A stretch of DNA of 64,000 nt from Candidatus Omnitrophota bacterium. GTDB taxonomy: Bacteria; Omnitrophota; Gorgyraeia; Zapsychrales; Fredricksoniimonadaceae. The notes beneath the pieces were generated by a model that did no database searches, had not been told where the DNA came from, and saw only the letters and a list, made by a program, of their open reading frames with translations. The translations under genes and the position numbers were made by a program. The stretch lies in contig JAUSEK010000015.1 in assembly GCA_030650275.1 (NCBI GenBank), positions 67,834 through 131,833 of the forward strand, given 5' to 3'. Numbering within the stretch: the stretch's first letter is position 1; the number at the start of each line of letters is the position of its first letter. Positions 52,258 through 62,362 of the stretch are shown one piece after another.

Positions 52258-52449
52258 ATGACCAAAATTCCAGAAGTTTACACCGTCGCAGAAGTAGCGC
52301 GGGCTTTAAAACTTAATCCGTATACTATACGGCGTCTTGTGCGTGAAAAGAAAATCCCAGCCATCAAAATCGGCGGGCATTGGCGGTTTAGGAAGGGTGA
52401 CATCAACCGTTTGCTGGCTAACCCCAGAAAAAGAAAGATGAAGCAATGA
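52258..52449 (+). CDS. Excisionase-family HTH (HTH_17) DNA-binding protein
   Basis: YTVAEVARALKLNPYTIRRLVREKKIPAIKIGGHWRF; promoter TTGCCA-16-TATAAT. Confidence 0.85.
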   Translation: MTKIPEVYTVAEVARALKLNPYTIRRLVREKKIPAIKIGGHWRFRKGDINRLLANPRKRKMKQ

Positions 52450-55400
52450 GTACAGATTTAACATTTTTTACTAATGAAAAGGGACGTACCCTTCTTGATC
52501 GATTTAAAATTACTTTGGCGAATAACACTAAGTTTTTTGATGTGTTGGTTGGATACTTCAGAACTAGCGGTTTTTATCACTTGTACCAGTCGCTTGAGAA
52601 AGTCGAAAAGATTCGGATTTTAGTCGGGATCAACGTAAATAAACAGACACACGATCTATTGATTGAGGCGAAAGAGCAGCAGTTGGCGCTCGCGTTTTCC
52701 CATAAAGAAACAAAGGACGCGTTTGCGGATGAAGTCGCCCGGGAAATGGAGGAGTCGGAAGATAATGCGGAAACAGAGATTGGCGTCCAGAAGTTCATTG
52801 AATTCATAAAAAATGGCAAGCTTGAAATTCGCGCGTATCCTTCGCAGGATATTCACGCCAAGGTTTATATCATTCGTAAAGATCAATCTAAGAGTGAAGA
52901 TTTTGGTCGGGTGATCACTGGTTCAAGCAATTTTTCGTATGCAGGCCTCCATGAAAATCTTGAGTTTAACGTTGAGTTGAAGGATAGCAGGGATGTAAAG
53001 TTTGCTTTGGAGAAGTTTGAGGATCTCTGGAAGGATTCAGTTGATATTTCAGAGAAATATATTGAGACGGTTAACACAAGAACATGGCTCAATGATGCGA
53101 TTTCCCCACATGATCTGTACTTGAAATTTTTATACGAGTACTTTAAGGATGAATTAAATCAGTCCGACGAAGTTTTCTATCGCTATCTACCCATCGAATT
53201 CAAAAAATTTGAATATCAAGAGCAGGCAGTTCTTAACGCCAAAAAGATCCTTGAAGAGTATGGTGGTGTCTTCATCTCAGACGTAGTTGGCCTTGGGAAA
53301 ACATATATTTCAGCAATGCTTGCCAGCCAGCTTGATGGCAGAACCTTGGTCATAGCACCGCCTATTTTGCTTGAGAAAAATAATCCCGGCTCTTGGCCTA
53401 ATGTTTTTGATGACTTCCGGGTTCACGCGCACTTTGAGTCGATTGGTAAATTGGACGCCCTTGTCGAAGCTGGGACTGATAAATTTACGAATATTATTAT
53501 TGATGAAGCCCACCGGTTCCGTACTGAGAGCAACATGACCTATGAAAAATTGGCTGAGGTATGCCGTGGCAAGCGGGTTATTCTCGTTACAGCCACACCT
53601 TACAATAACTCACCCAAGGATATTTTAAGTCAAATTAAGTTGTTCCAAAAAGCGAGAAAAAGCACAATTCCAAACCTCCCCGATTTGGAGAAGTTTTTTA
53701 ACGGCCTTGATAGGCGATTAAAGGTTTTGGATCGTCAGCGAGATTATTCGGAATATATTAAGACCGTTAAGGAAAACGCCAGAGAGATCCGGGAAAAGGT
53801 GTTGAAGTATTTAATGGTTCGTCGCACCCGTTCAGAGATTATAAAATACTTTGGTGAGGATTTGGCAAAGCATAAACTCAAATTTCCCGATGTCGAGAAA
53901 CCAGAGCCACTTTTTTATGAACTTAATGATGAGGAAGATTTGGTATTCAGTCGAACTATTGAGTTGATCGCTCATAAATTTAAATACGCCCGCTACACTC
54001 CGATGCTTTATTACAAAGGGGAAGTGTCTCAACCAGAGAAATTATCCCAAAGAAACATGGGAAAATTTATGAAGATTCTGATGGTCAAACGGTTGGAGAG
54101 TAGTTTTTTTGCTTTTAGAAATACCCTTGATCGTTTTATTTATTCCTATGAGCAATTCATTAAAGAATTTGACGGTGGCAACGTCTATGTGAGCAAAAAA
54201 CACAGCAACAAAGTATTTGAGTTTTTGGAAAACGATGATGACGCGGCTGTTCAGCGCCTTATTGATGAAGGTAAGGCGGAGAAGTTTAAGAGTGGTGATT
54301 TCAAAGAAGGGTTGCTAAAAGATTTAAAGAGTGATCTGGATATATTAAAAGAAATTCATAAAATTTGGAGCACGGTTAAACGAGATCCGAAGCTATTGGC
54401 TTTTCTTGACCGGCTTGCCAGCAATCAAATCCTAAAGAAAAATAAACTCATCATTTTTACGGAATCCAAAGAAACGGCTGAATATTTAGCAAAAAATATT
54501 GAGATTAAATTTCCCAATACCACGCTTTGTTTTACTGGGGCATCAGGCGAGGTTATCCGCGAGAAGGTGATTGATAACTTTGATGCGAAAGTTAAACATC
54601 CAAAGGACGATTACCGGATTTTAGTATCAACAGAGGTTCTCTCCGAAGGTGTTAACTTGCATCGATCCAATGTGGTTATCAATTATGATATTCCATGGAA
54701 TCCTACCCGGATGATGCAAAGAGTTGGCCGCGTCAATCGAGTTGATACTAAATTTGACGTAATTTATACGTTCACCTTTTTCCCCACCAAACAAGCTAAC
54801 GATCAGATTAAGCTCAGAGAAGCGGCCGAGGCCAAGATTAATGCGTTTATCTCCATGCTTGGATCCGATGCTCGTCTTCTAACCGAAGGAGAGCCCATAG
54901 AACAGCATGAGCTATTTAATCGGTTAACTTCTAAGAGGACTATTACCGGTGAAGATGACGGCGAAGAGAGCGAATTGAAGTATCTGTATGTTATTAAGAC
55001 TATTCGGGATCAAGATCCGGAGATGTTTGAGAAAATCAAGCGGCTCCCCAGAAAATCAAGAACCGCGCGAGCCAACGGTGAAAAAGTTAATTCACTACTG
55101 ACATATTTTAGACGTGGAAAGATCGAGAAATTTTTTATTGCGGGGGGTAACGAGAAATCGCAGGAACTTGACTTTATGTCAGCAGCTAAAACTTTAGAGA
55201 GTGGGAAAGATGCCCCTAAAGGCAAGATTGATAACAAGAATTTTTATGAGCTTTTAGCTCAGAATAAACAGGCGTTTATTTATGCCACCACCGAGGAGTT
55301 GCCCGAGGTTAAATTGCGGGGCGGCCGGGATAGCGCGACGCAAGTCCTTAGGATTATAAAGGCCACCTTAAAAGACAGTAGGCAATTTACTGATGACCAG

Positions 55401-55643
55401 GAGTATTACCTTAAAAAAGTTCGCACACAATTGGAAGAGGGCGCTCTACCTAAGCAGACAACCAAGAAAACACTTCAGGCCTTAAATGATGAGCTTAAAA
55501 AGGGAGTTAATCCCCTGCGAATCCTCGCCCGTTTACAGGCAAATATACCGGCGAAGCTTCTCGAGGGACATTTTGTTGAAGATCATGCGCAAGTATTTGG
55601 AAAAAGAGAAGTCATATTATCGGAATATTTAATCGCCGGATAA
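52446..55643 (+). CDS. PLD-nuclease-domain / SNF2-family helicase fusion
   Basis: PLD IHAKVYI...GSSNFS; Walker A DVVGLGKT; DEAH; TATP; SEGVNL; QRVGRVNR. Confidence 0.88.
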   Translation: MSTDLTFFTNEKGRTLLDRFKITLANNTKFFDVLVGYFRTSGFYHLYQSLEKVEKIRILVGINVNKQTHDLLIEAKEQQLALAFSHKETKDAFADEVAREMEESEDNAETEIGVQKFIEFIKNGKLEIRAYPSQDIHAKVYIIRKDQSKSEDFGRVITGSSNFSYAGLHENLEFNVELKDSRDVKFALEKFEDLWKDSVDISEKYIETVNTRTWLNDAISPHDLYLKFLYEYFKDELNQSDEVFYRYLPIEFKKFEYQEQAVLNAKKILEEYGGVFISDVVGLGKTYISAMLASQLDGRTLVIAPPILLEKNNPGSWPNVFDDFRVHAHFESIGKLDALVEAGTDKFTNIIIDEAHRFRTESNMTYEKLAEVCRGKRVILVTATPYNNSPKDILSQIKLFQKARKSTIPNLPDLEKFFNGLDRRLKVLDRQRDYSEYIKTVKENAREIREKVLKYLMVRRTRSEIIKYFGEDLAKHKLKFPDVEKPEPLFYELNDEEDLVFSRTIELIAHKFKYARYTPMLYYKGEVSQPEKLSQRNMGKFMKILMVKRLESSFFAFRNTLDRFIYSYEQFIKEFDGGNVYVSKKHSNKVFEFLENDDDAAVQRLIDEGKAEKFKSGDFKEGLLKDLKSDLDILKEIHKIWSTVKRDPKLLAFLDRLASNQILKKNKLIIFTESKETAEYLAKNIEIKFPNTTLCFTGASGEVIREKVIDNFDAKVKHPKDDYRILVSTEVLSEGVNLHRSNVVINYDIPWNPTRMMQRVGRVNRVDTKFDVIYTFTFFPTKQANDQIKLREAAEAKINAFISMLGSDARLLTEGEPIEQHELFNRLTSKRTITGEDDGEESELKYLYVIKTIRDQDPEMFEKIKRLPRKSRTARANGEKVNSLLTYFRRGKIEKFFIAGGNEKSQELDFMSAAKTLESGKDAPKGKIDNKNFYELLAQNKQAFIYATTEELPEVKLRGGRDSATQVLRIIKATLKDSRQFTDDQEYYLKKVRTQLEEGALPKQTTKKTLQALNDELKKGVNPLRILARLQANIPAKLLEGHFVEDHAQVFGKREVILSEYLIAG

Positions 55644-55646
55644 TGT

Positions 55647-58600
55647 ATGGATAAAAATACAAGCCACAAAATTATTAAGGATACTTTGGAAAGAGCATTT
55701 GATAAAAATAAATTTTTTCTATTTGCAAAGAATCTCTGCAATCAGATTGATGAATCAAAGGCATTTCAGTTAAGTGGGGCTTATATCCCAGATGCATTTC
55801 GCGGATACGTTAAGTCATATGAACGGCTTGGAACTTTTACCGACCCGGAAGATAAGAAGATAGATGTCTTGATTGTCTATCTTCAAAAGAAAACTTCTTT
55901 GGAGAGGGCCCGCACCGCACAGCGCAATTTCGTTGCTCGCTATCTCAAAGATCGTGATCAAAAAGATGCTGGTCTGGTTGCTTTCGTTTCCCCAAACTCG
56001 GAGGATTGGCGGTTTTCCCTGATCAAAATGGAGTACAAGTTTACCGAGGGGAAATCCGGGAAGGTAAAGGTCAAAGAAGAATTCACCCCGGCGCGTAGAT
56101 GGTCTTTCCTTGTCGGGGCTAATGAAAACAGCCACACAGCCAAGAGTCGTTTGGCCCCGATCGTTCAGGATGATGAGCATAACCCTACCCTGAATTTTTT
56201 TGAAGAAGCATTCAATATTGAAAAAGTCACAAAAGAGTTCTTTGAGAAATATCGTGACCTGTTTTTGCGGGTTAAAGAAACTCTCGATGATGTGGTTAAA
56301 CAAGACCCGAAGATCAAGAAAGATTTTATTGCTAAGGGCGTGGATACTGTTGACTTTGCAAAGAAGCTACTCGGGCAGATTGTTTTTCTTTATTTTTTAC
56401 AAAAAAAAGGTTGGTTCGGTGTCGAACGCGATGCAGATTGGGGTTCCGGGCCTAAAAATTTTTTACGTCAACTCTTTGATAAAAAACACAGCGATTATAG
56501 GAACTTTTTTAACGATATTTTAGAACCGTTATTTTATGAAGCCCTTGCCCGTGAACGAGATCATGATTTTTACAGTCGCTTCAACTGTAAAATTCCTTTT
56601 TTAAACGGCGGTCTATTTGATCCAATCAATAATTATGACTGGGTTCATACTGATGTTCTTTTACCCGACGATTTATTCTCGAATGAAAGGAAAACTAAAG
56701 AAGGCGATATTGGTGACGGTATTTTAGATATTTTTGACCGGTATAATTTTACAGTTAAAGAAGATGAGCCACTTGAAAAGGAAGTGGCCATTGATCCTGA
56801 AGTGTTAGGAAAAATATTTGAAAAGCTTGGAGCGATAACGCCAAGTAGATTTAATGAATGGGCAGAAGCAGTCCGTTCCGGGGAAAAGAGCAAGGAGCAG
56901 GAGGCTAATAAAAAATTGGGAGTTTATTATACTCCTCGTGAAATTGTTCACTACATGTGTGTGCAAAGTTTAGTTAATTATTTAGATATGGAACTTCATG
57001 GGAAGGTTTTACAAGAAGATCTGGAAAAATTTATTAAGTATGGAGAGATGGCCGTTGAGCACGAAGCGCTATATGCTGAAAAGATTGAACAGAATCCGGA
57101 TTATAAAGGGAGATACGCCAAACCCAAATTGCCAGTTAGCATTGAACAAAACGCAGAAATAATTGATAGATCTTTAGCCAACATTAAAGTTTGCGACCCT
57201 GCTATTGGTTCGGGTGCTTTCCCAGTAGGCATGATGACAGAGATTGTTCGCAATCGGAATACGCTTTCAAGTTATCTTAAGGATCCAAGTCGTACGATTT
57301 ATAATTTCAAACGTGATTGTATTCAAAATTCGCTTTATGGTGTGGACATTGACCGGGTGCTGTTGAAATCGCCAAGCTTCGTTTGTGGCTGTCGCTTGTT
57401 GTGGATGAGGACGACATTAAGCAGATTAAGCCGTTACCAAATTTGGACTACAAGATAATGCAGGGCAATAGCTTGTCGGAAGAGTTTGAGGGTGTAAAGC
57501 TGTTTGATGACAAGCTAATTTTTGCTGTTAATTTCGATAAGGAAAAACAGGTTGAAGATCTCAAGGAAAAACAGAACACTCTATCGAGTGAGTATATTAA
57601 ACTTCATCAGGATAATAAACTGACCAATATAAGGAAAGAGGAGATAAAAGTAGAACTAAAGAAAATAAATAATCAGATTAAGAGCCTCAACCAGTCTGGG
57701 AAGAAGGCTCATGACGATACTGGGTTGTTTGATGTTTTCAGCAATGCAAAGAAGAAAGCGGACGAGTTAAAGCGCCTGCATAAAGAATTCTTTGAGACGA
57801 CCCAAAAGAAGGATGATCTTAAGAAACAGATTGAAAAGCTCGAATGGGATCTTATTGAGGCTACCCTTAAGGAACAAGGGAAAAATTCAGAGCTTAAAAA
57901 ACTTGAGGAGTTTAAGAAGACAAATACAAAACCTTTTTTTCTTTGGAAGCTCCACTTTGCCGATGTATTTGAAGAGAAGGGCGGTTTCGATGTTGTAATT
58001 GCGAATCCACCGTATATTAAAGAAGATGTGAATAGACATGCCTTTGACGGGCTGAGAAAGTCGGATTGTTATCAGGGTAAAATGGACATATGGTATTTGT
58101 TTGGTTCTGAAGGGTTGGATATTTTGAGAAATCATGGGGTAATGACATTTATTGCTACAAATAATTGGGTTACGAACGATGGTGCATCTAAGTTTAGAAA
58201 TAAAATAATTAAGTATGGCCGTATTATTGATTTTATTGATTTTGGAGATTATAAAATTTTTTCTGCGGGAATCCAAACAATGGTTTTTGTAGTTCTTAAG
58301 GATAACGAATCACCAGAATATGATTTGAAGTATGCCAAGCTACTTGATAATAATGCCGACGGAACGTTGTTAACAAGTTTTTTAAATGAACCCCATGAAT
58401 TATTAAATCATCGATTTGAGAAATTTAAAGTTTCAATTAGAAGATCCTCCTATTTAGAAGGTTATATTAAATTTATCCACCCCACCATTGGCAGGATATT
58501 AGATAGGATAAAGAGTGCAGGTTGTTTTAATTTAATGGATCACGAAATATTTAGTGGGATTGATGTAATGCAGGATTTTGTCGCCAAATCACATTTGGAA

Positions 58601-59329
58601 AAGCTGAATGGAAAAATTGGTGTTGGTGATGGTGTTTTTGTCTTAAGTGAAATAGAAAAAACACGAATCAAATGGAGCAACAAGGAATTAAATTTAATAA
58701 AACCATATTATACGACTCGGGAAATCGCAAGATATTATGCCAATAAATCCAATAGGCATTGGATTGTTTATACCGGGGCTGACGCTAACGATAAAATTAG
58801 CCTTTATCCAAATATAAAAAAACACTTAGATAAATTTAAAAAAATAATTACATCTGTAAATAAACCATATGGTTTACACAGAACCCGTGATGAAGAAAAT
58901 TTTCTTGGTCAAAAAATATTTTCTATTCGTAAATGTGCAATACCATCCTTTTCCTTGGTAAATTTTCCGTGCTATGTGTCTAGGGCATTCTTGATTATTA
59001 AGACAAACAGAATTGATTTTAAATATCTCCTGGCGATCTTGAATTCTAAAGTCACTGTTTTTTGGTTACTGCATAAGGGGAAGCTCCAAGGAAATCAATT
59101 TCAGGTAGATAAGGTACCATTGATGGATATCCCAATAGTATGCGGTCAACCTTCTAATCAAAAGCCCATAATTGATCTTGCGGATAAGATTTTATCATTG
59201 GCTCAGGATAACAAACAGACGCAAGATAAAATAAAAGAATACGAGCGTCAAATTGATCAAATGGTCTATGCGCTTTATGGCCTGACGGACGAGGAGATTA
59301 AGATCGTTGAGGAAAGTGTGGGTAAATGA
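55647..59329 (+). pseudogene. Type IIG/Eco57I-like adenine DNA methyltransferase, split by a 1-bp frameshift near 57353
   Basis: Motif X GVYYTP and motif I DPAIGSGAF in ORF1; NPPY and TRD in ORF2. Adding one C to gaccgggtgct restores GVDIDPGAVEIAKLRLWL. Confidence 0.85.
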
Positions 59330-59946
59330 TAATAAAGATGGAAGAAGATACAAGATACCAGAAAGCGATACAAAGAAATATTGATTCGATTTTTCATGCT
59401 TTGTGGGAGTGGAAAACGATAGAAGCCTTTGAGCAATATGTAGAAGGAAAAAGGATCTATGTTTTAGGCCAAAATTTTTTTAAAATAATGCCGGTTGCCT
59501 TTTTTGGTGACATGTTAAGAAACGCCATTAATGTGCTTGATAAACACAGTGATGTCGCTTCATTTTGGTATATTCTAGAAGTAGGCGAAATTAAATCGTT
59601 AGAGATATATTCAGAACAAAAAATTGATTCTTTGAAAGATTTGGCTGGGAAATTAAAACACATTCGTGATAAAGTTTTTTTTCATCATGATAAGAATGGT
59701 GTTTTAGATACAAAGAAAATTTGGAAAGAAGCCGACATTGTAGGGAAAGATGTTGGCGAGGCCATTCAATATTTATTTTCTATATTGAAAGAGTTATATG
59801 AAAAGGTCATGAAAAAACAATATCACTCCGATCCTGATAATAGCATTGGGGAAGATTTCGTTAAACTATTAAATTTTGCAGCAGAAAATGGTTTTATTGA
59901 GGTTCGTTCGGAGAATTTTCGGGGACGTCTTCGAGTCTGTGGGTAG
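59326..59946 (+). CDS. HEPN-like (AbiU2-type) protein
   Basis: Predicted all-helical with an R-x5-H motif (IRDKVFFH); overlaps the MTase stop. Confidence 0.55.
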   Translation: MIIKMEEDTRYQKAIQRNIDSIFHALWEWKTIEAFEQYVEGKRIYVLGQNFFKIMPVAFFGDMLRNAINVLDKHSDVASFWYILEVGEIKSLEIYSEQKIDSLKDLAGKLKHIRDKVFFHHDKNGVLDTKKIWKEADIVGKDVGEAIQYLFSILKELYEKVMKKQYHSDPDNSIGEDFVKLLNFAAENGFIEVRSENFRGRLRVCG

Positions 59947-59983
59947 GATTAATCGTTAAATCTAGAGAGAAGAAAAAAACGTC

Positions 59984-60817
59984 ATGGCACAAAAATTCTA
60001 TGAAAAAGCATCAGTTCAAGTAGCAATAGTTGCGGGTATTTTTTCGTTGCTTTACTGCGGAATAACTATCTGGAACGATCGATCACAATTAAAACAAGAC
60101 AATCAAAATTATGTTCGAGAATTGATTCAAAAAGACAGTCGCATTGCAAGCTTAGAGCGAGAGATCCAACGATTAGAAATTCAACTCGTACCTTTAAAAA
60201 TAGTCTCGCTGGAAGGGCAATCTTTTATATTTAATGTTGCTAAGATTTCACAGTTAGGAGATTTGTCATCTTGGCATAATAAGTATGGCGGCCAACGACA
60301 AAGCTATGAGGAATTATTATCTTGGGGAAAAAAAGAAAATAGTTCCGAAATAAAGAAAAAGATTTCTGTCGAGACAGAAAGACTAGAAGAAATTTATGAC
60401 CCACGTATTATGATACCAACCATAGAACAGCCTATTTCTATATGTAAATTTATAACTCAGCCAAATATTCCTGCTTGTGCTTGGGGGCTCGAACCGCCTA
60501 CAGGTTACGATGCAAAAAATGTATTTCATCATCTGACTGAAAGGATATGGACTGAACGCGCCAGAGCCGCCTGTCTATTAAGGAATATAAGGACATCGCA
60601 GTATAAAGATCAAATAGACAAAGAAAAGCTTTTTGACACTCTCGTATCTCTCATGAAAGAAGAAAATGAAAAGAGCTTATTTGTTAGCAAAATGGCTCTA
60701 AATACCTATAGCGAATTGACGGGATTTTCACCTTCTGGCGTGTTTGATTTTGATGGCGCGATTAATGATTGGAAAAGCATGGAAAGAAAAAAAGAAATTT
60801 TAAAAATAAACTTCTGA
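59984..60817 (+). CDS. Hypothetical protein (N-terminal TM plus coiled coil)
   Basis: 277-aa AT-rich ORF; TM VAIVAGIFSLLYCGITIW then heptad repeats. Confidence 0.7.
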   Translation: MAQKFYEKASVQVAIVAGIFSLLYCGITIWNDRSQLKQDNQNYVRELIQKDSRIASLEREIQRLEIQLVPLKIVSLEGQSFIFNVAKISQLGDLSSWHNKYGGQRQSYEELLSWGKKENSSEIKKKISVETERLEEIYDPRIMIPTIEQPISICKFITQPNIPACAWGLEPPTGYDAKNVFHHLTERIWTERARAACLLRNIRTSQYKDQIDKEKLFDTLVSLMKEENEKSLFVSKMALNTYSELTGFSPSGVFDFDGAINDWKSMERKKEILKINF

Positions 60818-60863
60818 AAGTTGGGACGTCCCCTTAATCAGATGGTTGGAATAGGAAATTTTG

Positions 60864-60947
60864 ATGACGCATAAAGAATCCGAAACAATCGAATTCAAAA
60901 AATCCACCGCCGAGGTTAAAGTGGGGGATGGCCGGGGAGAGGAGTAA
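60864..60947 (+). pseudogene. Truncated AlbA_2/Schlafen N-terminal stub (27 aa)
   Basis: MTHKESETIEFKKSTAEVK matches the E-S-x-T-[IV]-E-[FW]-K motif of the next gene. Confidence 0.55.
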
Positions 60948-62362
60948 GTGAAAACAATGTCATTGAAATCAATCGGTTTTGGTGAATCGACGACTGTCGA
61001 ATGGAAGCCATCGCTGTCGCAGATCCATGAGATCATCGAAAGCATAACAGCTTTTGCTAATACCGAGGGTGGACGATTGTTTGTAGGCATATCGAAGACT
61101 GGAGAGGGCATAGGTGTTCAGATTGGTAAAGGTACGGTAGAAGGTCTGGTTAATCGTATCGCTCAACATACTGATCCGAAAATCCAGCCGAAGATCACGG
61201 TCAAAAAGATTAAAGGCAAACAGGTTATTGTTATTGAAGTCAAACAGTCCAAGGATAGATTGGTCCTGGCCGATGGCCGGCCATATAAGCGTGTGGGGCC
61301 TTCGACCCGGCAAATGGGCAAGGATGAATACGAAGGGCTGATCCTGGAGAAACATAAGGGTAAACACTATTTTGATGAGCAGATCTGTGATGGCGCAAAG
61401 ATCTCGGATGTCAGCAGAGAAAAGCTTTTGGCATTTATTAAAGAAGCTAAACGGGAAAGGGGCTTAAGCATTGCTGAGGGTTTGTCGGTGACGGATATTT
61501 TGCGAAAGCTTAAACTCGTAAAGAATGACAAGCTAACCAATGGAGCTATTTTGTTGTTTGGTAAAGACACACAGAATTTCTTTTTACAATCTGAGCTAAA
61601 AGCGGTTCGATTTAAGGGCTTAGATGAAACCAGACCCATGCTTGATTTTAAAACGATTGGCGGGGATGCGATCACGCTTCTTAAAAAGGCTGAAGGTTTT
61701 ATTTATGACCATATCCCGATGAGGGCATGGATACAACCTGGGAAACTACAACGTCAGGAAAAATGGCTGTATCCGGAGGAAGCTATAAGAGAGGCTTTGG
61801 CCAATGCTTTGGCGCATAGAGACTACAGTAGTCCGGGCAAGGTTCAGGTGAGGATCTTTGATGATCGCTTGGAGATATGGAATCCGGGGCTTTTACCGCC
61901 ACCATTAACACTGGAGAAGTTAAAAGGAAAACATGATTCAGTTCCGCGCAATCCGCTTATTGCCAAGGCGTTTTTCTGGATCAAATATGCTGAAGATGTT
62001 GGATCGGGGACAAGCAAGATCATTCAGTGGTGTAAGGAGTGGGGATTGCCCGAGCCGACATATGAGGAAGCCGGGGCCAGTTTTGTGACGGTATTTCATA
62101 ATCCTAAGCCGGAGGATGGTGGTCAGCAAGGGGGCCAGAAACAGGGGCCAGAAACAGGGGCCAGAAAATTACCCCCAAACAAGCTATGGTTTTGGATTTG
62201 ATCAGGCGGAACCCATTGATATCCCGCCATGATATTGCGAGTAAGCTTGAGATCAATGATTCCGTGGTTCGGAAGCATTTGGACGCATTGAAGGCCAAAG
62301 GCGTGCTTAAGAGGGTTGGCCCTGATAAAGGCGGACATTGGGAGGTTGTGGCTTGGAAATAA
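60948..62362 (+). CDS. Schlafen/AlbA_2 plus HATPase_c_4 plus wHTH protein, frameshifted near 62140-62160
   Basis: ESTTVEWK, AFANTEGG, REALANALAHRDY, PRNPLIA, GSG. The wHTH (ITPKQAMVLDLIRRNP...RVGPDKGGHWEV*) is in another frame, ending at 62362. Confidence 0.82.

Larger units (their letters stand above)
52197..62362 (+). mobile_element. AT-rich defence-like genomic island
   Basis: Abrupt AT enrichment and codon shift; HTH, PLD-SNF2, MTase, HEPN and AlbA_2 cargo; no integrase seen; boundaries approximate. Confidence 0.65.

Noticed and set aside
52258-52449. Excisionase-like HTH as evidence of a prophage or ICE
   Set aside because: No integrase, phage or conjugation genes in the window; more plausibly the operon's regulator
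52372-62347. ggcgg(g/a)cattgg at both ends of the island as a possible att pair
   Set aside because: Only about 12 bp, and both copies encode GGHW in winged-HTH wings; explained by protein motif convergence
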